Source: Podarcis bocagei (Eukaryota). From it: a stretch of 64,000 bases of DNA. The position numbers and the translations under genes are program-made. The stretch is from assembly GCA_964188305.1 (NCBI GenBank), contig OZ076893.1, one strand, 5' to 3'. Under the pieces are notes generated by a model that saw nothing but the letters and a program-made list of their open reading frames with translations, was not told where the DNA came from and did not search any database. Each line of letters begins with the position of its first letter. Position 1 is the stretch's first letter. Positions 27,241 to 38,228 of the stretch are shown one piece after another.

Positions 27241-28009
27241 ACCACCCCACACTGTTTACCATGACAGGATTCAATTCTCTGCTTCAAATTAATGGCACAG
27301 TTTATTTGTGCAACACAGATATGTAATATGGTGGGGGAACGTTAAATATATTAGTTATATCTGTACACAAGTATATATATTAACAATGTCACCATATTAC
27401 CAATAAAAAGTGGACATGAGTATCATCTTCATGTAAGCGAAACTGCAGTCCCAGATGCAATCTCAATTTTCACAGCACTATCTAAAAAGCCACTGAAAGT
27501 AGCTCTAGCCTCTGTGTTCCTATGCTGTCTTCTGATCCCTTTGCTGAAGACCTTGGAGAGAGCCTCTGGTCTCCTCTGGGAGCTGCAGCCTCCTCAGTCA
27601 AAGTCCTAGTGCATGAAGAAGCTACACCCATTATTGACAAGGAAGGCAAAAGAGGAATCTTCCTTTGAATATGTCTGCAAAACGCTAACTGCCATCTCTG
27701 CCCACATCTACCATGAACTGAGGTTACTGAGAAGAGTAGCAGGGAAAAGAGAGCCCATTCTTCACTTTGTTGCTGAAGGGAACTGAGTGAAGCGGGGGGG
27801 AATTATCCATAAGTTTATCCACACCTAGTATCTCAAAGGGCCTTCCACTGCATTTAAAAAGGGATAGTTTGTGCTTCTTTTGCATGTATGTGTAAGGGGA
27901 ATAATGAAAATCTGCCAGAGCCACCAATCCCATTTTGAAAGGGAGCTGGATTGAGGCCACTTAGAAAATAAATGAAATCTATTCATAACCAAACATTATG
28001 AGTGTAGTT

Positions 28010-28182
28010 ACAGGTAGGTATATTGGTCTGCCGTAGTCAAAACAAAATTTAAAAAATCCTTCCAGTAGCACCTTAGAGACCCATTAAGTTTGTTATTGGT
28101 ATGAGCTTCCGTGTGCATGCACAAATAAGTGTGCATGCACACGAAAACTCATACCAATAACAAACTTAGTTGGTCTCTATCG
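28010..28182. mobile_element. Penelope-like element inverted pLTR remnant (hairpin) with 11-bp TSD
   Basis: Fold-back 28074-28179 (tagagac..aagtttgttattggtatgagc..gtgtgcatgcac / gtgcatgcacacgaaaactcataccaataacaaacttag..gtctcta). TGAGTGTAGTT is duplicated at 27999-28009 and 28183-28193. Confidence 0.75.
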
Positions 28183-28421
28183 TGAGTGTAGTTTGTTTTA
28201 TTTTTGTTTTATTTATATTGCTTTTTTGGACCTGTAACCCACCCTGGAAGCCTTTGTTGCTGAAGGTGTGGACAATAAAAGTAATGTGCTAAACAAAGGT
28301 GAAACAAGGAAAAACTTTTTCAAATGCTCCACTTGCAATTGGCTAAAGAAAAAGTTCACATTGTGGAAACGTGCATTATTTTAGCTCCATCTTTCTATGT
28401 TATGGTGAACATGGTTTTCCT

Positions 28422-28463
28422 TGCAGTTCCTTGAGTGGTCCTCTAAGTGTCAGTGTTGGCCAG
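28422..28463 (+). promoter_or_regulatory. Pcdh CSE/CTCF promoter element (CAGT variant)
   Basis: Identical to 8376-8417. Confidence 0.75.
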
Positions 28464-28734
28464 TATGAGAGCCAGAGAGAGGATAGAGATCCAGTGATGC
28501 TTCCTAGACTGCAGTAACTCCCATCCCTGCTATTCAGAGCAGGCCAACTGAAGAGCACAGAGACAGGGAACTCTTGCAGAGAAGGAAAAATCTCTTTTGC
28601 TTTGCACACATATGAGAACAAGGGCAGTTTATTCTTCCTCAGTGATACCTCATGTTGTTTCCTTCATCACTGTGAGAGCTTGAGCATAGGAAACTGAGAA
28701 AAGGAAGCAGCCTGTTTTTGAGAGAACCAGCCAG

Positions 28735-31146
28735 ATGGAGAGAAGGCACCCAGGGAATGGCAGGGCACTCACAAGGCAAGTACTGCTTCTCTCTCTCTTG
28801 TCTTTTACCTGTTGGGCTGCATCAGAGCAGATTCATTATTCAACCCCTGAGGAGATGGCAAAGGGTTCCGTTGTGGGGAACCTCGCCAAGGACCTGGGAC
28901 TGAGCACCAAAGAACTAAAACATCGCAATCTGCACACTGTGTCTGTGGCTAAAATGCAGCATTTCAGTATCAATGCAGAGAATGGAAACCTCTATGTAAA
29001 TGACAGGATTGATAGGGAGGGGATATGTGGCAAAAATCCACTTTGCTTTGTTCAGTTTGAAGTTGTGGTGGAAAACCCGCTGAATGTTTTCCATGTAACA
29101 GTAGAAATCCAGGATGTTAATGATAATGCACCCCAGTTCCTGAATAGCAATATCAATTTAGAGATGCTTGAAACCACTCTGCCAAGCACACGATTTCTCC
29201 TTGGGAAGGCGGACGATCCTGACATTGGGATGAACTCTCTCCATGATTACCAGCTGAGCTCCAATCAGTACTTCAATTTGGAAGTTAGAAAGAGAAAAGA
29301 TGGAAATAGTTATGCAGAATTAGTGCTAAATAAACCACTGGATCGGGAAAATGAACAGATGTTCCACTTAATCCTTACAGCCTTGGATGGCGGTCAGCCT
29401 AGGAAAACTGGGACTGCCCAGATATGGATTAATGTTACTGATGTGAATGACAACCCACCTGTTTTCACTCAAGAGGTGTACAAGGTCAGCTTGAGGGAGA
29501 ATACTCCCCTTGGATCTCCTGTACTTCAGGTTGCAGCCTCAGATAAAGATGAAGGTACAAATGCCCAAATCAGGTATCATTTCAGCAATATACCAGCAAG
29601 TGTCCAATTGAAATTCAGAGTGGATCCAATAAATGGTACAATCACTCTTATAGATCCATTGGACTTTGAGGAAACTGAAGAATATACAATGATGGTTGCA
29701 GCAAAAGATGGTGGCGGACTGTTAACACATTGCAATATTGAAATAACTGTGCTTGATGAGAATGATAATGCCCCGGATGTGACCTTAGCCTCCATGTTCA
29801 GTCCTGTTCCTGAAGATTCTCTGCCAGGAACAGTTATTGCTCTGATCAATGTAAATGACAGAGATAGTGGAGATAATGGAAAAGTTACTTGCTATTTACA
29901 AGATGATTTACCCTTCAAAATTCTTCCCTCATCTAACAATTACTTCAAGCTCCAGACAGACAGTATCCTGGACAGAGAAATAGCTCCTGCATATAATATT
30001 ACAATCACAGCCACTGATAGAGGAACTCCACCTCTTTCCACACACAAAACAATCTCACTACAGATCTCAGATATCAATGATAATGCCCCTACATTTCAGA
30101 GATCAACCTACAGCATCTATGTGCCAGAAAACAATCCTTCAGGTGCCTCCATTTTCACCATCAAAGCCTCTGATCCCGACATGGACCAGAACTCACGGAT
30201 CACTTACTCCATCCTCAACAGCAACATTGAGGAACTTCCCATCTCCTCCTATATCTCCATTAATTCTGAGACTGGCACCATCTATGCCCAGAGATCCTTT
30301 GACTATGAACAATTCAGAGAGTTCCGGCTGCAAGTGAAGGCCCAAGATGGGGGTTCTCCCCCTCTCAGCAGCAATGTGACCGTCAGGGTGTTTGTTCTTG
30401 ACAGGAATGATAACAGCCCTTGTATCCTGTCCCCCTCACAAGAAGCCAAGGGCTCAGCCTTGTTTGAGATGGTTCCTCGTTCGGCCGAGGCAGATTATCT
30501 TGTCACCAAGGTGGTGGCCGTGGATGCAGATTCTGGACACAACGCCTGGCTCTCCTACCACCTGACTCAGGCCACTGAGCCGGCACTCTTCACGGTTGGT
30601 TCTCATACTGGAGAGATCAGGACCGCCAGGGCCTTTGTGGAGAGAGACGCTGTGAAACAGAGACTGGTCATTATGGTGAAGGATAACGGGCAGCCGTCTC
30701 TCTCGGCCACCATGACTCTGAACCTGGTGTTTGCTGAGAACTTTCAGGAGGCCCTTCCGGAAATGAAGAGCCAACCCAGCAGCTCAGAGTATCAGTCTGA
30801 CCTGCAGTTCTACTTGGTGCTGGCCTTAGCTGTGATCTCCTTCTTGTTCCTCTTGACTGTCATTCTGGCCGTTACAATGAAGCTCCGTCAATCAGGGCAT
30901 CCCAGGTTCCTACAGTGCTTTGGTCCTGTTCCCCATTCCAAGAATGGTGCCATTTTCCCACCCAACTTTGAAGATGGGACTTTGCCCTATTCCTACCAGC
31001 TGTGTCTGTCTTCTGAGTCCAGGAAGAATGAGTTTGCCTTCCTGACACCCAGTGTTCAGATGGTAGACAATATTATTGGCAGTGAAAAACCTTTTACAGG
31101 CAACGGAGGAAGCAATTTAATTTCTGAGATGGCAAGTGATGATAAG
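28735..31146 (+). CDS. Protocadherin gamma-B-like variable exon (gene 5; close paralogue of gene 2)
   Basis: Six EC repeats, TM and gammaB cytoplasmic motif. Donor AAG|GTATGG at 31146/31147, phase 0. Confidence 0.93.
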
Positions 31147-32429
31147 GTATGGTTTATTCCAGAATATTTTTCATTGCACGCTGCATGATCTTTTACCATA
31201 ACTGACACTGAAACATTATATAGAGGAGAATTCATTTTCTCTGACATATATGTTCACTGAAAAATGAGTTATTTAAATCTGGAAAGCAGTAGCTCAGCCT
31301 TATTTATTGGGCCCCTCATGAACCGTCTACTGATTTATGCACGATAAAAGAGTAAGGTTTACAGTGTCAAGGCAAAAATATCTAAGCATTGGATCTAAGT
31401 AGCTTTGCTTTACTCAGTTGGACTACTAAACCAGTTCTGTGGTATTTATGACGTTGGAAGTTTACAGTAGGATCCCATGCATGTCTACTCAAAAGGAACT
31501 CCAGGTGAAGTGAACATGTATAAGACTGCAGTCTCAGTGTCTTGGACTTTCAAAGTAATGATGTCCGTAAGGAGTAGCTTTATTGAGGTTTCCAGAAGTA
31601 GTGTGCAGAAGTGCTGAACAATTTAAGAATAATTATATTTAGGATGCATCTGTATGCAAGCTTCTTGCTTGCTTCCACTCCTCTTTCCTGCCATACCCTC
31701 AGGTGCACACAAATGGCAATGTGCTGGCCATCATTTTATGTGTGGCTTTGCCTTCTCCTGCCCTCTCTCTTCTCCCATCACCAGCCTTCAAATAAGCTAA
31801 GCTGTATAGAGCAGCTAGTTGTAAGCTGGAGCTCTGGGGCTGGAAAAGTATAGGGGAAGTTTTTCAGGGATTCCCATCAAAAGTAATGGCCAGCATGCTG
31901 CTTTAGTTGCAAACTGGCAATTTCTTTCTTCATTTGCAGTTGCTTCCTCATTTGGGGCAGGGGTTGGGCTTTGCCATTTTTCTGTGTTGTAGGGCCAAGC
32001 TGATCTCTTAAATACTGTTTATTAGGACAACTGAGGAGGGGAGAGGAGAAGAAACATAAGCATTGGATGCAACCCAAACATATTTGTTATAGTATAAACT
32101 TTAGTGGACTCAAGTCATTGGGACTGGAAATATTCAATGAAGAGTGTGCTATAAATACTGTAAATCAAAATAAGGCTAAATGTAAGAGTGAGAACAAAAA
32201 CACCACATTGTGATTCCATTTTCTGACACATCTCATCTATACCGGAAGTTCTATTTATGGCATAGTGCCATTAAATTATAATTTTGTTTTACAATTTTTC
32301 ATTCTATCGCCATTCTTCTTCTATTTGCACTTTGTCAACTATTCTTCTCCTTGAAATACTCAGTCCACCCGATCTATCTCTGTTCCATTCATTTGTTTCT
32401 TGTGGTCCTCTTATCATTTTTTATCTTCC

Positions 32430-32582
32430 TGGGTTGCCATATTTTGAATAGAAAAAAGAGGACACATTTGCCAACCTCGACTTTTAACTAATGTTTTAAT
32501 GTATGTAAAATGACAACTCTCATTTTACATACCCATGAAAAAGAGGGCATGTCCTGGCAAAAGAGGACATATGGCAACCCTA
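32430..32582. mobile_element. hAT-like MITE
   Basis: Inverted ends gggttgccatat ... atatggcaaccc, with internal aaaagaggaca subrepeats. Confidence 0.6.
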
Positions 32583-33589
32583 TGACATGGATTCAGTTTG
32601 ATTTCTTTTATTTCTTTGTTGCATCCTCCTAGGTTTCTGTGTAGACCATCTACAACTGTTTCCTTTTAAAGCCTGTCTTTAAAACCCTGCTCAAACCTGT
32701 CATTTGGTTGGATTTGCAATTGTTCTCCAGATGCGTTCCAGACTTACTGTAGCAATTTTTGCATACAACTCGAATGCACTATGACAAAACTTAGCATTTT
32801 TATGGCAGCAAAATATCAGGTCACATGATTACTACACCCATCCTATTCCGGGAATCAGAGGCAACATCCAACCAATGAAACCACCATCTCATCCCAATCC
32901 TGGCCATTCTCTCATAGCAGATACTTAAGAGCATTTAACATAAACGTGTTGCCCCCTAAACACACTTTCAGAGTTGTAATCTAAAAATGCTCTCTTATAC
33001 ATTCCTTCTCTGTGTTACTTGTAGTGAGGATCTTAATTTATCAGTGCTTATGAGTAAAGAAGTAGGGTTCACTGATTAACTAACCAGAAGCAGCAGGTTA
33101 TATGGTGCAAGCATAGGTTTCTGTGTTTTTAGGAGATGTGTATATAAGGGAGTATTGTGGCCTGTGAGGTGCTCTTTCCTCTCACAATTCCTCCCCTCCT
33201 GATCAGCAAGAGAATGAATTCCATGCAATGTATCTGGGCCACTCTAGTTTCTGTGTCGCTCCCACCAGTGTTCCCCCACTGAAACAAAATATCATATTGT
33301 AGGAAAGAGAAAGAGAAAGCAAACTAATCTAAGGCAATGTACCCCAGACTTAAAGACTCCTTAATAGATTGTTTTATAACTTTTTTCATGAAAATATCCA
33401 AAGAGTGATACGGCACAATGTTCTATACAATGTCTGAATTGCTCCTACAACTGGAAAATTTCTTCTAATGTTCACCATAAATCTCTCTTCTGGTGCTGAA
33501 CCTTCTTTTTTTCTAACATCGTTTTGAAATTTGACTTTGTTTCCTCTCTCTATCTTTGTTTCTCTAAGTTAGCACAGACAGTTCCATCA

Positions 33590-33777
33590 TCTGCTCCTCC
33601 GTCTGACCTCACCTTCTACCTGGCCCTTGCAGTGGCTTTTGACTCCTGCTTGTTCCTCATCTTCCTCCTTGTGTTAGTGGTCATCAGGTTGCACAGATGG
33701 AGAAATTCTCAGCTGGTTGAGTCGGGGAGTGTGAATTTCAGTGGCGCTCCCATCTCACAGTTTGTGGGGATCAATGC
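33590..33777 (+). pseudogene. Isolated gammaA TM/juxtamembrane relic
   Basis: ORF 33524..33799 contains [51 protein letters not shown], matching gene 4 at ~24546-24716. No EC domains are attached. Confidence 0.85.
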
Positions 33778-34449
33778 ATTGGTGATAGATGTAGTATAAA
33801 TGTTTTCAACTTTGCCATATTGGCAAGCTGTTGTATCCTCTGCATATAAATCTACATACCTACAGTAATTGTTAGCGGCATATTTCCTCCCTTATTTGGA
33901 AAATGTACTGAAACATTGTTGTGAGTAGTCAAAGTCAAAAAAATCTACTGGTCTTGAGGGAAGAGTTTCAGAAAATTGCCCATTGGCATCAAACATTTCA
34001 GGTACAAGAATCCCATGAACACAGACCATCTTTACTGGACTGAATCTACAAAAAAGTGATCCTTTCCTGTTTTTTCAAAAAAATACTTTTTTACAAATAC
34101 TTTTTTTAAAAAAGGAGTGTGGATATATTTTTTTAAAGCAATGATTATTTCAAAAAAGAAGGCAATATAAGGGATGAAATCCAGAACTTTCATCTAATTA
34201 AAATATAATATTTTATGTATATAAAGTGATTTTCTTGCAAATGGCCTGTGAGGGATATTTTGTTGAAAACATTAAAATTGTGAAGGGGTTGTACACATCC
34301 ATCAATATGGTCAAGAACTTAGTACTGTAATACATAACACAATTCCTTTTAGTCACTAAATGTTGCTTTCAAAGTATTAAAATGTTTTTTTATGGAGAGG
34401 GAAAGCATATATTTCAGTTCTTCCGGTTTATTCTTGGAGCTGATTCACT

Positions 34450-34491
34450 TGCAGTTCTTCAGTTGGAACTCACAGTGCCGCTGTTGGCCAA
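34450..34491 (+). promoter_or_regulatory. Pcdh CSE/CTCF promoter element (canonical CGCT box)
   Basis: TGCAGttcttcagttggaactcacagtgcCGCTgttggccaa; 29-bp spacing. Confidence 0.9.
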
Positions 34492-34708
34492 TTTGGGAAT
34501 CAAAGAGCTATTAGGGATCCGCTGTCAGATTGCTACTCACCAGCTGCAGAAAGAACAGACTACAAAGACCTGCCTGCTGTTACTGAGATGAGGAAACAAA
34601 TGTGATACAAGCAAACTGAGAGGGAAATCAAAGGAATCAACTTATTCTTCTGAATACCTGTATTTTGGACAAAAATATATATTAGCTCACCTGCTCATTA
34701 GCAGAAGA

Positions 34709-37141
34709 ATGGAGATGAGGATGGAAGTTATTCCTAGAGAAAGCTTCAGGGCATTCAGAAGCCACATTTTGCTTCTACTATTATTGTTTTTCCTCTGCTG
34801 GGAGATCTCAGAGTCAGTTCACTATTCCATCCCTGAGGAGATGGCAAAGGGATCTTTTGTGGGAAATCTTGCCAAGGATCTGGGACTGAATGCCAGAGAA
34901 CTGAGGAATAGAAACCTGCATATCATTTCTGAAGGTAAAAAACCATATTTCAGTATCAATGCAGAAAATGGAAATGTGTATGTGAATGAGAGGATAGATC
35001 GTGAGGGAATGTGCAAAGAGAGCACACAGTGCTTCATTAATTTTGAAGCCTTAGTTGAAAATCCATTAAATGTTTTCCATGTAAGTGTAGCGATTCAGGA
35101 CATTAATGACAATATACCACATTTCCTGAATGACAATATAAGGCTTGAAATAATTGAATCCACATTGCCAGGTGCCAGATTTCTCCTTGGGAAAGCTGAA
35201 GATCCTGATATTGGGAAGAATTCTCTTCAAGACTACCAGTTAAGCCCAAATCAGTTTTTCACATTGGAGGTTCAGGATAGTGTGGATGGACATAAATATG
35301 CGGAATTGGTGCTGCAAAAACCTTTGGATCGGGAAAATGATCACTCCCTTCAGTTGATCCTTACGGCCCTGGATGGAGGTGAGCCCAGAAAAACTGGGAC
35401 AGCCCAGTTATCGATTAATGTCACAGATGCCAATGACAACCCACCAGTCTTCAATCAAGAGGTCTATGAGATCACCGTGAGGGAAAATTCCCCTGTGGGG
35501 TCCCCCATACTCCACGTAAAAGCCTCTGATAGGGATGAAGGTCTAAATGCACATATTAGTTATATTTTTAATAACATCCAAGAAACAGCCCACCAAATAT
35601 TTGAACTAGAACCACAAAGTGGTACAATTACAATTAAAAAAGCTCTTGACTTTGAGGAAACAGAGAAGTACACTATGACAGTTGAAGCAAGAGATGGAGG
35701 AGGATTAGTGGCTCACTGTAAAATTGAAATAAAGATTATAGATGAGAATGACAATGCTCCAGAGATCATTCTGGCCTCCTTATCTAGTCCAATTCCTGAA
35801 GATTCTGTTCCTGGGACAGTAATTGCTGTTATCAGTGTAAAGGATAAAGATTCTGAAGAAAATGGAAAAATTACATGCCATCTACAAGGTAATGTACCAT
35901 TTAAAATCTTATCCTCATCTAACAATTATTACAAAATTCTCACAGATAGTCCTTTGGACAGAGAAAAAGCCTCAGGATACAACATCACAATCACGGCCAC
36001 CGACAAAGGTAGCCCCCCTCTCTCCTCCAACAAAACCATCTCCCTGCAGATTTCAGATATCAATGACAACCCCCCTGCCTTTGAAAAATCAACCTACAGT
36101 GTCTTTGTGCCTGAAAACAATCCCTCAGGTGCCTCCATTTTCTCAATCAAAGCCTCGGACCCGGATCTGGACCGCAACTCACGTATCACTTACTCCATCC
36201 TCAACAGCAACATGGAGGAGCTGCCTCTCTCCTCTTACGTCTCCATCAACTCTGAGACGGGAACTATCTATGCACAGCGCTCCTTTGACTATGAGCAATT
36301 CAGGGAGTTTCAGATCCAAGTGAAGGCCCAAGATGGCGGCTCTCCCTCTCTCAGCAACAACGCCACCGTGTGGGTGTACATTTTGGATCAGAACGATAAC
36401 AGCCCTCGCGTTCTGTATCCTCTCCCGGGTGTTGAGGACTCTGCCTTGTTTGAGATGGTTCCTCACTCGGCAGAGCCAGGCTACCTAGTGACCAAAGTGG
36501 TGGCTGTGGACGCGGACTCTGGGCACAATGCCTGGCTCTCCTACCAAGTGCTGCAGGCCACAGAGCCGGCCCTCTTCACCATTGGGACCCACACGGGAGA
36601 GATCAGGACATCACGAGCCCTTCTGGAGAAAGATGCTGTGAAACAGAAGCTGGTCATCTTGGTGAAGGACAATGGGAAGGCTCCGCTCTCAGCTACTGTG
36701 GTCCTCAACCTCGTGGTTGCCGAGAACTTCCAAGAGGCACTTCCAGAAATGACTAGGCAATCCAGTGACACAGAACATCATTCTGACCTCCAGTTTTACT
36801 TGGTGCTGGCTTTGGCATTGATCTCATTTTTATTCCTCCTGACGGTGATACTGGTCATTGTCATGAAACTTCGACAATCAGGAAATCCCAAATTATTCCA
36901 ATGCTTTGAACCTAATGCTTTTTCTAAGGCGCAGGTCATATTTCCACCAAACTATGAAGAAGGAACTTTACCTTATTCCTACCAACTCTGTCTATCATCA
37001 GAGATGAGGAAAGAGGAGATCTCTTTCCCAAAACCCCATATCCAGGTGGCAGAAAATTTGTTATGCAATGATAGCTCTCAGGTGGTTCTTGTGGATGGCA
37101 ACTGTGGGGATGCCAATGCCAAAGAGGAGGTTGGTGAGCAG
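34709..37141 (+). CDS. Protocadherin gamma-B-like variable exon (gene 6)
   Basis: Six EC repeats; TM and cytoplasmic part nearly identical to genes 1 and 3, but with its own promoter and signal peptide. Donor CAG|GTAAGT at 37141/37142, phase 0. Confidence 0.93.
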
Positions 37142-38177
37142 GTAAGTTTTGCTTTCAGAACTGTGATGTTGGCACTACATCTTTCTTCCTCATAGGTATT
37201 ATGAGCTACTGTTTTTAGATCATTATGTGCTCAAGTGTCTGATGCTTTATATGGGAAGAACCAGTACTTAGACCTGCCTGAACGGCATGCCACTGAGGCA
37301 TTCTGAACATGCTTACTTAGCACATCCAACTGGTACTTGGATTCTTGGCACTCTTACAAGCGAGTCCTTTCCTAAACTAAGCTGAGCATCTTCTTTTTCT
37401 GCTTTTGTTGTGATCTGGCTATATCAGTGTAGCTATAGATTGAATAATTTCCCTTGGTTTTTACCAATCTGTTGAGTAGATTAATTCTATCCATATGGTT
37501 TTCTATCCCCGAAAATTAATAGCATCTAATAGAATAGCATTCTCCCACACATATGCCATCCTAGCAGAAGCTTGACAACAAAGGCACCCATGATAACATG
37601 GATAATATAACTACATGTTGTGAACTAGTAATACACAAATATAGAAATCAGCATTTTGTGACATTCCCATATCATGGACATTTTGTTTGGTTGCATGTAT
37701 TGCTGGTTCACACACATTTCTCCACGTGGCTGTGATTGAGAATAGTCTGGGCTGTTCATGTGTCAACAACAGATATTGTGTGGATCATATGTGTGCTGGG
37801 GTCACAGCACCTGGAAAAGAACTTACAGACTATGAAATTTGCTCTTTAGCAAGAGAGCCATCCATGTTCATATTTCCTGTGGCATGTTTTACAATCAGAA
37901 TATGGAATAAAACCTTGATAAGAGTAAAGGTAACTTCATTTCAACCCAATATGTTCGAGGAATTCCAGTGAGCTTTTATGGGAATGGAGTAAAAATCTAG
38001 TGAGCCTGGGATTCTTTTCATGTTGCATTTTGTACTTCACCTGAGGAGACCACCTCAATCCTCTTTCCTTATCTTCCTCAGGGTTTGACCTTTGAGCTCC
38101 AAATGAAAGGAAACCTATCTTAAAATAAACATAGGTTTTTTAAAATCTGCTATTCATCCAAGGTGAATTGGCAGAAT

Positions 38178-38228
38178 GATATAGATATAGATATAGATAT
38201 AGATATAGATATAGATATAGATATAGAT
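38178..38228. repeat. (GATATA)n microsatellite
   Basis: Tandem hexamer run with a decayed extension to ~38265. Confidence 0.95.
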
